Positions 28,773 through 38,434 of a stretch of 64,000 bases of DNA are shown here, one piece after another. The translations under genes and the position numbers were made by a program. Positions within the stretch are counted from its first letter, which is position 1; each line of letters starts with the position of its first letter. Source of the stretch: Sodaliphilus sp. Lineage in GTDB: Bacteria; Bacillota_I; Bacilli_A; RFN20; CAG-826. A model generated the notes under the pieces. It worked only from the letters and a program-made list of their open reading frames with translations. It had not been told where the DNA came from and did not search any database. The DNA lies in contig CAVIJE010000001.1 in assembly GCA_963643355.1 (NCBI GenBank), forward strand, positions 128,620-192,619, given 5' to 3'.

Positions 28773-30236
28773 ATGTCTAAGAAAAAAATCATTACAGGCG
28801 TTCTTGCTGTTCTATCTGCAGCATTCATTGCCACAAGCTGTGGGGAAACGGACAACAATAAAGGTTCCGGTTCCGACACCCCAACAAGTTCAGCAAAAGA
28901 AGAAGTTTCTTCAACTGAACAATCTTCATCTGCTGATACAACGGCTTTCGACGAACAAGTCAAGGCTTTGGGAAATTTAACAGACCTTGAATGCGAAATT
29001 ACATTCTGGCACACGATGGGAAAGAGCCTTCAAAATCAACTTGATACATTTATTGGTGCTTTCAACAAAATTTACCCAAATATCACCATCACCCATTCCC
29101 AACAAGGTGGCTATGATGATGTTAAGACAAACGTTTCTAAGGCCATTCCAGCTGGTACGACCCCAACAATGACCTATTGCTATCCTGACCACGTTGCCGA
29201 TTATCTCCCATCAGATTCAGTTGTCAAACTCGATAATTATATCAATTCAAAAGTTATTGGCTTAGGCGTTGACAACGGCCTTGGCGATGGCGAAGTTTCC
29301 GACTTCATTCCAACTTATTTATCAGAAGGTAATCAATATACAGTCGCAGGAAAACCTGTTGATGGATATTATTCAATGCCATATTCAAAATCAACAGAAG
29401 TTCTTTTCTACAATAAAGACGCCTTCGAACTTTATGGTTGGGAAGTTCCACAAACTTGGGATCAAATGTGGGCTCTTTGCAAAACAATAAAAGACACACT
29501 TCCTGATTGCACCCCATTAGGTTACGACTCTGATGCAAACTTCTTTATCACCTATTGCGCACAAAACGACATTCCTTATACAACAGGCGTTGGCGATAAT
29601 CATTTCCTTTTCAACAATGCTGAAGCTAAAGCCTTTGTTAACACCATTAAGGATTATTCTTGCGTTGAAGGTGGAAAAGGCTATTGGACAAGTCAAACTC
29701 AATTAGGCTCTGGAACATATACATCCACTAAATTTACCAATGAAGAAGTGCTTATGTCTATTGGTTCAACTGGTGGAACAACCTATAACAAATCCGACAA
29801 CTTCGAAACAGGAGTTGCAGCTTTACCTCAATCTGATTTGAATGATGGCAAAGTCATCATGCAAGGGCCTTCTATCTGCTTTATGTCAGATTCTAGCTTA
29901 AAACAAAGAGTTGCTGCATGGCTTTTCTATAAGTTCATTACAAACACGACAAATTCTGCCATTTGGTCATCACAAACCGGTTATAACCCAGTAAGAACAT
30001 CCTCTTTCAGCGATGCTAATTATGCCCAAAGCTCCTACGATATCGTTAACAAGGTCCTTCAATTCACTGGCACCGGATCTAATTATTCCGATTGGTACTA
30101 CACTTCACCATCTTTCAAAGGCTCCTCTGCAGCTCGTACCGAAATCACCAACCTCATGTCTGGTGTTTTAACTGGCACTAAGACTGTTGATAAAGCTTTC
30201 GAAGACGCTTACACAAACTGCTTATACGCAGCTTAA
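28773..30236 (+). CDS. ABC substrate-binding lipoprotein (family 1 SBP), copy 1
   Basis: The ORF track starts at TTG 28722. The ATG at 28773 (MSKKKIITGVLAVLSAAFIATSC) has a GGAGAG SD. A Ser-rich linker is followed by the FWHTMGK start typical of family 1 SBPs. Confidence 0.9.
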   Translation: MSKKKIITGVLAVLSAAFIATSCGETDNNKGSGSDTPTSSAKEEVSSTEQSSSADTTAFDEQVKALGNLTDLECEITFWHTMGKSLQNQLDTFIGAFNKIYPNITITHSQQGGYDDVKTNVSKAIPAGTTPTMTYCYPDHVADYLPSDSVVKLDNYINSKVIGLGVDNGLGDGEVSDFIPTYLSEGNQYTVAGKPVDGYYSMPYSKSTEVLFYNKDAFELYGWEVPQTWDQMWALCKTIKDTLPDCTPLGYDSDANFFITYCAQNDIPYTTGVGDNHFLFNNAEAKAFVNTIKDYSCVEGGKGYWTSQTQLGSGTYTSTKFTNEEVLMSIGSTGGTTYNKSDNFETGVAALPQSDLNDGKVIMQGPSICFMSDSSLKQRVAAWLFYKFITNTTNSAIWSSQTGYNPVRTSSFSDANYAQSSYDIVNKVLQFTGTGSNYSDWYYTSPSFKGSSAARTEITNLMSGVLTGTKTVDKAFEDAYTNCLYAA

Positions 30237-30251
30237 TTCACACATCATTTT

Positions 30252-30277
30252 ATAGGCGGGGATATTTTCCCGCCTAT
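30252..30277 (+). terminator. hairpin (possible partial terminator) between the two SBP genes
   Basis: 9-bp stem ATAGGCGGG / CCCGCCTAT with an 8-nt loop. The downstream T run is weak. Confidence 0.45.
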
Positions 30278-30306
30278 ATTCCAATTTTGGCGAGGAAAAC
30301 ACGAAT

Positions 30307-31719
30307 ATGAAAAAGAAAAATTATGCTTTATTGCTAACAGTAAGCCTTCTTGCTCTTGCTGGATGCGGTGAGACAAACAGTTCTACAGGAACTGCATCTA
30401 GCGCATCGGGCGAAGATGCTTCATCGACGAACTCTACTGTCTCAACTAAAACCACAGTTGAATTTTGGCATACGATGGGCAAAGCAAACCAAGATATTCT
30501 TAAAGGGATGATTGCTGCTTTTGAAGCACAAAATCCTGATATCGAAATCAAAGAAAGTGCTGCAGCTGGCGGATACGATGACCTTGAGTCAATGATTCTT
30601 AAGAGCGTTTCGACAAGTGGTCTTCCAACGATGGCTTTTTGCTATCCAGACCATGTTGCCGAATATCTTGCTAGCGGAACTTCGGGCATTGTTACGGATT
30701 TGACTTCTTTTATCAATGATCCTGAACTTGCTTTCACAAAGGAAGATGGATCTCATAAGGATGAAGACGGAAATGACGTCTATGGCGTCGATGATTTCGT
30801 TCCAACTTTTTGGGAAGAAGGTTCAAATTATACAAAAGAAGGGGTTTATAGCGTTCCTTTCGCCAAATCAACTGAAGCTTTATTCTATAACAAGGAATAT
30901 TTTGACACCTATGGTTGGGAAGTTCCTCAAACTTGGGATCAAATGTGGGCTCTTTGTAGAGAAATCAAGGCAATGAACCTTGAAGGAGTTGTAGCTCCTC
31001 TAGGATACGATTCTGACTCTAACTTATTCATTTCTTTATCTAAGCAAATGGATATCCCTTTCACAAGCGCCACTGGCTCAGAACATTATCTATTTAATAA
31101 TGCTCAATCTAAAGCTATGGTTAGCGACTTAAAAGCAAAATTCGATGAAGGATTGTTCATCACAAAAGGTTCCAACGGAAACAATACATATACCTCATCT
31201 AAATTTACTGCAGGTGAAATCCTTATGTCTATTGGCTCAACGGGTGGAACAACCTATAACCAAACAATGAACTTTGAGGTTGGCGTTGCTGAACCTCCAG
31301 CATATGACTTAGCAAACAAAGCTGTTATCTCTCAAGGGCCTTCGATTTGTTTCTTCAATGCTGCCGCATCTAAGGTTGCTTCCCCAGCTCAACTTAAAGC
31401 AGCTTGGAAGTTCTATAAATTTATCTCTAGCGCTGAAAACAGCACGTTATATTCGGTTTCAACAGGTTATCAACCAGTTAGAACTTCATCTTATGAAACC
31501 GAAAACTATAAAAATTTCGCTAACGATTCCACAAGCCTTTTAAACTCCGTTGCAAAAGTTTCTTCTGGAATGCTTGACTCTTACTTTAATTCGCCAGTTT
31601 TTGTTGGCTCTGCTAAAGCAAGAAACGAAGTTGGCTCTCTTCTTAGCGCCGTCTTACTTGGCACGCAAAGTGTTGATTCGGCATTTGAAAATGCTATTTC
31701 TAACTGCGTAAACGGATAA
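30307..31719 (+). CDS. ABC substrate-binding lipoprotein (family 1 SBP), copy 2
   Basis: 470 aa with lipobox LAGC and an FWHTMGK start. It is a paralogue of copy 1 and shares the YGWEVPQTWDQMWALC block. Confidence 0.9.
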   Translation: MKKKNYALLLTVSLLALAGCGETNSSTGTASSASGEDASSTNSTVSTKTTVEFWHTMGKANQDILKGMIAAFEAQNPDIEIKESAAAGGYDDLESMILKSVSTSGLPTMAFCYPDHVAEYLASGTSGIVTDLTSFINDPELAFTKEDGSHKDEDGNDVYGVDDFVPTFWEEGSNYTKEGVYSVPFAKSTEALFYNKEYFDTYGWEVPQTWDQMWALCREIKAMNLEGVVAPLGYDSDSNLFISLSKQMDIPFTSATGSEHYLFNNAQSKAMVSDLKAKFDEGLFITKGSNGNNTYTSSKFTAGEILMSIGSTGGTTYNQTMNFEVGVAEPPAYDLANKAVISQGPSICFFNAAASKVASPAQLKAAWKFYKFISSAENSTLYSVSTGYQPVRTSSYETENYKNFANDSTSLLNSVAKVSSGMLDSYFNSPVFVGSAKARNEVGSLLSAVLLGTQSVDSAFENAISNCVNG

Positions 31720-31735
31720 TTGGAGGAAGAAAATA

Positions 31736-33238
31736 ATGAAAATGAAAAAGAAATTAATAGGATACTTGCTTTCAGGCTTATTCCTTTGTTCCCTTGTTTC
31801 ATGCGGAGAAAAAAATAACTCAAGCGAGGTCAATTCAAGCCAAACCGAGTCCGTTCAATCTTCAGAAGTCGTTCCTTCCTCTAGTGAAAGTCAGGAATTT
31901 ATCGACTATACTTCCACAACAAAACTTGCATATTCATATAGTGGCAAAGACTTCTTAAAAGACGGAATTGGCGAAGTCACTTTAGTAACTAAAGTTGATG
32001 GAGATACCGCCCACTTCAAGTCAAAAAGCGGAACTTCAGGCACAATCAAAGGAAGATATAACTGCATTGATACACCAGAATCCACTGGTATGCTTGAACC
32101 ATGGGGACATGGCGCTTCAGAATATAATGGAAAGCTGCTTACCGAAGCAAAACACATCGTTTTATCAACCGACAAAGCCGATGCAACTTCTGGCCCTGCA
32201 CTTGACTCAACTGGCGGAAGATATCTTGTTTATGTTTGGGTTGCAACAGTTGAAAATCCAACGTTAGACGACTTTATTAACGTTAATCTTGCCATTTGCC
32301 AACAAGGCTATTCAAAAGCTAAAGGCGTTTCTGGCAAGGAATACGCTGATGCATTTATTAACGCTGATGCCCAAGCTAAGAATTTCAAACTCCATCTTTG
32401 GAGCGATGAACTCGATCCAGACTACAACTATGATGATCCAGTCAAAATCGACTTACGCATGATTAACGAAGGATATGATAGCGAAGGAAATAAATATGAT
32501 TGGGTTGGCTCAAAGGTCACCTTCAATGCTTACGTTGCGGCCTGTGGCCCTGATCAAGGCGCAGCTTATGTTTGCGATGACGTCACCTGGACTGATACTA
32601 GTGGAACGCATACTCAAAGATATGGCATGTATATCTTCACCCAATACATTGTCTATGCTCCACTACAAACAATCGGCAATTACCTCGAAATTTCAGGCAC
32701 TGTCACCGAGTATAATGGAACATTGCAAGTCGTAGACGTTTCTTATTCAGCTTACTATCCAGATGATTATGACATTAAAATCATTTCAACTGGCCATACG
32801 GATAAGGTTGCACCTGCAACTGGTTCAGCTGGAACCTTTGCCTCTGATAAATATGTTAATACAGTAGTTACAGTTGATTTAGTTTGCACTGGAGGATATG
32901 CAACCCTCAATACAGCAACATCAACCGCTTATTCATTTACCTTATATTGTCACGATAAGAATAATACATCCGAATCCTTAAATATCCGTATCGCTGATTC
33001 AATCAGCATCAGATACCCAGGAACGATGACACGTATCCAAGATTGCATTCCTTTCTGGAAAGGAGAGAAGTCCATCTCCGAAGCAATCAATGATGGCAAA
33101 AATACCGATTCTAGAAAACTAGAATATATTACGATTACTGGCGCTGTTGTTAAATATATCACAACCACCGGTAAGACAACTTATCAAGTCAACCTTACTA
33201 AAAAGGCAGATTTGACTCTTCACATGAGTGAAGAATAA
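31736..33238 (+). CDS. lipoprotein nuclease: SNase (thermonuclease) domain plus C-terminal OB-like module
   Basis: 500 aa with lipobox LVSC. SNase hallmarks are present: VDGDTAHF, RYNCIDTPES, GGRYLVYVW, AQAKNFKLHLW. The downstream segment VTFNAYVAACG..YLEISGTVTEYNGTLQVVDV is OB-like. Confidence 0.85.
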   Translation: MKMKKKLIGYLLSGLFLCSLVSCGEKNNSSEVNSSQTESVQSSEVVPSSSESQEFIDYTSTTKLAYSYSGKDFLKDGIGEVTLVTKVDGDTAHFKSKSGTSGTIKGRYNCIDTPESTGMLEPWGHGASEYNGKLLTEAKHIVLSTDKADATSGPALDSTGGRYLVYVWVATVENPTLDDFINVNLAICQQGYSKAKGVSGKEYADAFINADAQAKNFKLHLWSDELDPDYNYDDPVKIDLRMINEGYDSEGNKYDWVGSKVTFNAYVAACGPDQGAAYVCDDVTWTDTSGTHTQRYGMYIFTQYIVYAPLQTIGNYLEISGTVTEYNGTLQVVDVSYSAYYPDDYDIKIISTGHTDKVAPATGSAGTFASDKYVNTVVTVDLVCTGGYATLNTATSTAYSFTLYCHDKNNTSESLNIRIADSISIRYPGTMTRIQDCIPFWKGEKSISEAINDGKNTDSRKLEYITITGAVVKYITTTGKTTYQVNLTKKADLTLHMSEE

Positions 33239-33275
33239 TTAATTTGGTTTAATCTTCAGGAAGGAGAAATTATTA

Positions 33276-35684
33276 ATGAAGAAAAAATTAAACATCTTAG
33301 TGTTGGCCTCAGCCTTTGCTATGCTTGGACTAACAGCTTGCAACAACACGCCGAATTCATCTGAATCACAAGAAGCGTCGTCTTCCGCAACAACGAATTC
33401 ATCAAGCAATGGAGAATCATCTGCTGACATTTGCGCATTAACCGATGAAATCAAGGATATTGCTCAAAAAGCCTATGCCGCAGCAACCACAGCTTATAAT
33501 TCATGGTCCTCTACAGGTATTACCGGTGATCAAGAATTAACCACAACTGTAAAGAAGAAAAATAGCGAAGGAACAAAAGAATATACATTCACTTTTGTTT
33601 ATTCAGTCGATGAAGCTTATGCTTCCAATTTAGCCATTTCTGAAGATGGAACAAAACTCATAGTTACTCTTCCAAATTCACTTAAAGGCGAAGAAGATTT
33701 CAAAGGAAAAGTTGGCGTTAAGGTGTTCCTTGAAGGATGCTCCGAAGTCGCTTATTCCGATAGCGTCAATGTCATTGTCAAGGCTTCTGCTATCTATGAC
33801 CTTGAAACAATCTATTCGTTAGATGCTCAAGGCGAAAAAGTTGTCGCTTCTGGCACAACCGTTACCTTCAATGCCATTTATATGGGTATGTACCCACAAC
33901 AAGGCGCAATGCTTGGTGATGGCGAATATGCTATTATTGCCTATAAATTAACATCACTCGATTCTGATATCGCAGTCGGAGATGCTCTTAGCGTTTCTGG
34001 TAAAATTTCCGATTATTCTGGACTTCGCGAACTTACGAATGTCACAGTTGCCAAATTATCCACTAGACCAGCGTCATTAAAAGATCCTGTTGCCATTGAA
34101 CTTGAAGGCGAATCTGCTCGTGCTCTTAAATGGGGCGATGATAGCAGAAAGATCACTGTTAAGGGCGCAAAAGTCACTAGCACATACGTTTCTTCAACAA
34201 ACGGAAATACAACCATTTACACAACATTAAATGGACATTCCTATCCGGTATTCCTTAATTCCACCTATTCTGCTGACGTCCTTCCTTCTTGGAACCGCAC
34301 AAGAAGTGGTGCTGAAGAAGCAACTTTAGTCGAAGCTGGCGATATCGTTACATTCACTGGTTATGTAAGTGCATATAACAATGTATATCAAGCTGTTTAT
34401 GCCGAACTTACATCTTGGGAAGAAGCTCCAATCACCGTTAATGCTCCAAGCCAACTCTTCGTTAACGAAACTGGCACAATTACTGCTACATTAAAGGGCG
34501 GAGTTACTCCAACAACCGTCACCTTCACCTCTTCCGATAGCGAAGTCGTTTCTGTTACCAATGAAGGAAAAGTCACTGGCTTAAAGGCCGGTGAAGCAAC
34601 AATCACCGTTACTGCAACAGGCACAGTTGATGGTGCAGAATTTACTGCAACTGACACTGTCACTATCACAGTTGCTCAAATCACTCCAACCGAAACAACA
34701 ATTGCTGCACTTCTTGCAAAAGCTGATTCATCAACAACCACCTATGTTTGGGACCAAACAACCATCTATAGCGTTACTGGTATCATTGAAGGACTTACCG
34801 GTGATCAATATGGAAATTCATATTTAACCGACAAGACTACAGGCGAATCCATCAAGATCTATGGCCTTTCTGGCAATGAAAACAAAGGTTTCACATATAC
34901 CGATGGAAAATGGACTTATTCCAATCCAAAAGATGCCGCTGATTCCTTAAAAGATGTTCATAATGGTGAAGAAGTAACGTTAAATGTTATGTTTGAAGAT
35001 GCTAAAGGCGTAGCAAACATCGCTGGCTCAGTCATCTCCCATGAAGCAAAAGATTATACCTATGCTTCAACAATCACTGTTGGCGAAAACGGAACTGCTA
35101 CCTTAAGCACAACCGATCCTGTTGCATATGGCGCAAAAGTCACTGTTACAGCAACCCCATCAGAAGGATATATCGTTGATACTGTTAAAGTTACCACAGC
35201 TTATGGCAGCAAGACATTAGAAGCAGCAGAAGATGGCACATATTCTTATGAAGTCACCTGCAAGAATGAAGTTTCTGTTACATTTGCAGAAAAACCTTCT
35301 GGTGATGTTCAAACAGTCAAATTATCCGCAAGTGATTTTACCGCTGCAGAATCGGCAAAAGTGACCGAAACCGTAAAAGGCGTCACTCTCAATGTTTCCA
35401 ACGGCACGATTACTGATACGCAAATTAGAGTTTTTAAAGGATCAACTATTACTCTAAGCACTGATCTTGGTTCAATCACAAAAGCTGTATTTACATGCAC
35501 AGCTAACGGAACTTCCAAATATGGACCTGGCTGCTTTACTGGTGATAATTATACGGCCGGAACGGACAGTGTTGGTACATGGGAAACTGCAGCTGGTGCT
35601 TCCTCCTTCACACTTACAGCCTCATCAAACCAAGTCAGAATTTCATCAATCGAAATCACTTATGTCGCAAAAGCTGCTGCTTAA
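33276..35684 (+). CDS. large surface lipoprotein with OB-like modules and a Big_2-like Ig domain
   Basis: 802 aa with lipobox LTAC. OB-like segments include TVTFNAIYMG..GDALSVSGKISDYSGLRELTNV and IYSVTGIIEGLTGDQYGNSYLTDKTTGESIKIYG. The Big_2-like segment is VTFTSSDSEVVSVTNEGKVTGLKAGEATITVTA. Confidence 0.8.
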   Translation: MKKKLNILVLASAFAMLGLTACNNTPNSSESQEASSSATTNSSSNGESSADICALTDEIKDIAQKAYAAATTAYNSWSSTGITGDQELTTTVKKKNSEGTKEYTFTFVYSVDEAYASNLAISEDGTKLIVTLPNSLKGEEDFKGKVGVKVFLEGCSEVAYSDSVNVIVKASAIYDLETIYSLDAQGEKVVASGTTVTFNAIYMGMYPQQGAMLGDGEYAIIAYKLTSLDSDIAVGDALSVSGKISDYSGLRELTNVTVAKLSTRPASLKDPVAIELEGESARALKWGDDSRKITVKGAKVTSTYVSSTNGNTTIYTTLNGHSYPVFLNSTYSADVLPSWNRTRSGAEEATLVEAGDIVTFTGYVSAYNNVYQAVYAELTSWEEAPITVNAPSQLFVNETGTITATLKGGVTPTTVTFTSSDSEVVSVTNEGKVTGLKAGEATITVTATGTVDGAEFTATDTVTITVAQITPTETTIAALLAKADSSTTTYVWDQTTIYSVTGIIEGLTGDQYGNSYLTDKTTGESIKIYGLSGNENKGFTYTDGKWTYSNPKDAADSLKDVHNGEEVTLNVMFEDAKGVANIAGSVISHEAKDYTYASTITVGENGTATLSTTDPVAYGAKVTVTATPSEGYIVDTVKVTTAYGSKTLEAAEDGTYSYEVTCKNEVSVTFAEKPSGDVQTVKLSASDFTAAESAKVTETVKGVTLNVSNGTITDTQIRVFKGSTITLSTDLGSITKAVFTCTANGTSKYGPGCFTGDNYTAGTDSVGTWETAAGASSFTLTASSNQVRISSIEITYVAKAAA

Positions 35685-35704
35685 TTAACATCTAGTTCGC
35701 TTTT

Positions 35705-35735
35705 AAGCCCCTCCATCAAATGGAAGGGCTTTTTC
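35705..35735 (+). terminator. rho-independent terminator
   Basis: AAGCCCCTCCA-TCAAA-TGGAAGGGCTT (one mismatch) followed by TTTT. Confidence 0.7.
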
Positions 35736-35768
35736 ATATATAAAATATATGAGTATTCTTTATTGTTA

Positions 35769-35797
35769 TTGAAAAAAGTTCATTATTTAATTAAACT
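35769..35797 (+). promoter_or_regulatory. putative promoter giving a leaderless mRNA for the 35804 gene
   Basis: TTGAAA, exactly 17 nt, TAAACT. The ATG is 6 nt after the -10 box and there is no SD. Confidence 0.55.
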
Positions 35798-35803
35798 TTT
35801 CTT

Positions 35804-36622
35804 ATGAAAAAGATAGTGAAAACATTAATAATTCCAATCGCAATGGTGGCTTTAGCTGGTTGCGATAACCAAACTACGACATCATCTGATACAGCAAACG
35901 CATCTTCCTCTGCGGTCACGGGTTCTCAAAACCTCAACAACGTTCTTGATTATTTTTCTAAAAGTCTTAATACGGTTGCTACCTACAATTACTTTGATTC
36001 TACGACAAAGCCAAGAGCTACAACTGTTTTCTTAGAAGATGGTCTCTTTACAACGTATCGTGGTTTCGATAATCTCGAAAACAATGGCCTTATCAATATT
36101 TCCTCCGAACTAGGAGAAAAGAAGGGCGTTGCAGCGGGCGTATATGCCTGGACTAAAGAAAGTTCCGCTTTATCTCTTGGTGAGAAAATAGGAGAGGGAA
36201 CTTATCAATCTCTTTTCTCTAATCCTCAAGAAATTGCAGCTAACAAAGAAGATTATATTCACTGTCTCCATCATGAATCAGAAGCTGAAGCAAGCGATAA
36301 ATCCGCTGAAAACAAATTAGATGACTCAGCAAAATCAGCATTAAATGGAAATTTCACGTTAAATAAAATATTCAAAGATGATGAATCTAAGAATTTACTC
36401 GTTTCCTTTGCTAAATCTTTAGGCGTTTATGAGGTTCTTACCAAATCTGGAATGGAACTCAATTACGCTAAAATATATTTTGGGCCTCTTTCACCTGTCG
36501 TTAATGTTAGTTTTTACACACAAAAAGATGGCGGTTATTCGGAATTTGAAACATCCGTTGTTTGCACTCAATTTGGCAGCGCAAAAATCAACGAATTAAC
36601 TTCCTATATTGAGGCTAAATAA
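35804..36622 (+). CDS. lipoprotein, unknown function
   Basis: 272 aa with lipobox LAGC. No recognisable domain. Confidence 0.8.
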   Translation: MKKIVKTLIIPIAMVALAGCDNQTTTSSDTANASSSAVTGSQNLNNVLDYFSKSLNTVATYNYFDSTTKPRATTVFLEDGLFTTYRGFDNLENNGLINISSELGEKKGVAAGVYAWTKESSALSLGEKIGEGTYQSLFSNPQEIAANKEDYIHCLHHESEAEASDKSAENKLDDSAKSALNGNFTLNKIFKDDESKNLLVSFAKSLGVYEVLTKSGMELNYAKIYFGPLSPVVNVSFYTQKDGGYSEFETSVVCTQFGSAKINELTSYIEAK

Positions 36623-37860
36623 TGAAGAAGAGAATTGCATTGTTACCTTTGTTTATTTCGCCAATACTTTTTTCGTGTGGAAATGAAACAAATAGCAATA
36701 ACGCATCAGCAAAGGATGGTTCATCTACTGAAGCGTCTTCTATCAATGCTGAATCAAGCGATTCTACAAGTGAAAAAGAATTAACGTTCAAAGAAGGATC
36801 TTCTTTAATTTTCACGGAATTCTTTAAAGGAGATTTATCATCCGATAGAGCAGTAGAAATTAGCAATATCGGAAATGACTCAATCGATTTAAATAAATAT
36901 TCAATAGTCATCTATAAATCCGGTTCATTTGATAATAAATACGAAATCAAATTAAGCGGAACATTAGAAGCAAAGAAGTCATATGTTGTTGCATATGTTT
37001 CGTCAAATGACGAGATTAAAAAAGTCGCCAATCAACTAGATGACCAATTTCCAAATATTGGTTACTATCCAATGGTAATAACTGATGGAACATATATTTA
37101 TGATACGTTAGGCACATTAGGCTTTTCAGTTAATTGGTGTGACAATGTCGATTTAGTTAGAAAAAATGAATACATGGTTGGCAAAAACAACTTCGAACCA
37201 TATGATTGGATTGGTTACGCAAATACTGATTATTCCCGCCTTGGCGTGCTTCAATGCCCCCTTTCGGAAGAAGAAATCCTTAAAGGCCCAAGAATAGCAA
37301 GTCCATTCACCGAATATTCTTTCTTTAAAGAAGGATCAACCACTCTTGGTGGAGGCGGATTTATCGATGTCACCATTAATTCCTTAGTTGATGGGGATAC
37401 GACTAAATTCAACTACCCAAGCGAAGTCAATAACGCTGGATTCAGAAACGGAACAAGCGTTCGTTACCAAAATATCGATACACCTGAAATAGACCATGGC
37501 GGTGCTTCCCCTGCAGATCCTTGGGGAGATGCAGCAAAAGATTACACTGGCTCTTTATTAACAAAAGCAAAGAGGATTCGTCTTCAATCCTTGCCTAATG
37601 TTTCAATAACCGAAACCTTTGGCCGTTTGTTGCTCTATGTTTGGGCATCAAACGAAACTAGTGGGGACGATTCGTTCTATATGGTTAATTACGACATCGT
37701 ACTTAATGGTTATTCCAAGGTTGCCTTTGCCGGAGATACCTCAGGAAAGATGCTATATAAAGGGATATCGTATTATCAATTCCTTATCGACGCTAATAAC
37801 AAAGCGGCCAAAGAAGGATTGAAAGTCCATGGCGAAAAAGATCCGAATTATAATTATTAA
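36622..37860 (+). CDS. lipoprotein nuclease: lamin-tail-like domain plus SNase domain
   Basis: 412 aa with a TAATG overlap to the upstream gene and lipobox LFSC. The LTD-like segment is LIFTEFFKGDLSSDRAVEISNIGNDSIDLNKYSIVIY. SNase hallmarks are VDGDTTKF, RYQNIDTPEIDH and GRLLLYVW. Confidence 0.85.
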   Translation: MKKRIALLPLFISPILFSCGNETNSNNASAKDGSSTEASSINAESSDSTSEKELTFKEGSSLIFTEFFKGDLSSDRAVEISNIGNDSIDLNKYSIVIYKSGSFDNKYEIKLSGTLEAKKSYVVAYVSSNDEIKKVANQLDDQFPNIGYYPMVITDGTYIYDTLGTLGFSVNWCDNVDLVRKNEYMVGKNNFEPYDWIGYANTDYSRLGVLQCPLSEEEILKGPRIASPFTEYSFFKEGSTTLGGGGFIDVTINSLVDGDTTKFNYPSEVNNAGFRNGTSVRYQNIDTPEIDHGGASPADPWGDAAKDYTGSLLTKAKRIRLQSLPNVSITETFGRLLLYVWASNETSGDDSFYMVNYDIVLNGYSKVAFAGDTSGKMLYKGISYYQFLIDANNKAAKEGLKVHGEKDPNYNY

Positions 37861-37874
37861 AGAAGGAGAAGAAG

Positions 37875-38432
37875 ATGAAAACTTATTGTAAAAAATGTTT
37901 AGCAAAGAATAAGAATTCAAGTGGCCCATGCTCTAAATGTGAGAATGAGATTGTTCCTTTCCTAAAGGGCGACGAAGAAATCAGACCGTTCATCCAAAGA
38001 TTACATAAGAGAACGAACACTTTAAGGCATTACATCAGCCATTCTATGTCATTTTTGGTTATTGGAGCAATCCTCTTAATCATCGCTTTCTTCTTTTATT
38101 ACCTTTCTTTTTCCTCTTCAGTAGATAAAGAAACTTCTGAAAGAATTTATGTCTTAAATACGGGATGCTCAGAATTCTGGGTTTCAATGGTTTGCTTAAC
38201 TATTGGTGGAATTTCCTTCCTTGGTGGGTTGATTGCTTCTTTAGTCATCTATCGTATGAAAAGACAGGTTTTATCCGATGTTGAACAAATTCGTGAGACT
38301 GGCTCCCTTGAAACTAAGCCTGTTAAATTATTGATTGTCGTTTGGATTGAAAAGTTGATTGCATCGCTAAAACATTTGCGTTGGAAAATCAATTACGAGA
38401 AAACTCATAAGGCAAATAAGGAGGGCAAATAA
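37875..38432 (+). CDS. membrane protein with an N-terminal zinc ribbon
   Basis: 185 aa with CKKC..(12)..CSKC followed by two TM segments. GGAG SD. Confidence 0.75.
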   Translation: MKTYCKKCLAKNKNSSGPCSKCENEIVPFLKGDEEIRPFIQRLHKRTNTLRHYISHSMSFLVIGAILLIIAFFFYYLSFSSSVDKETSERIYVLNTGCSEFWVSMVCLTIGGISFLGGLIASLVIYRMKRQVLSDVEQIRETGSLETKPVKLLIVVWIEKLIASLKHLRWKINYEKTHKANKEGK

Positions 38433-38434
38433 GC

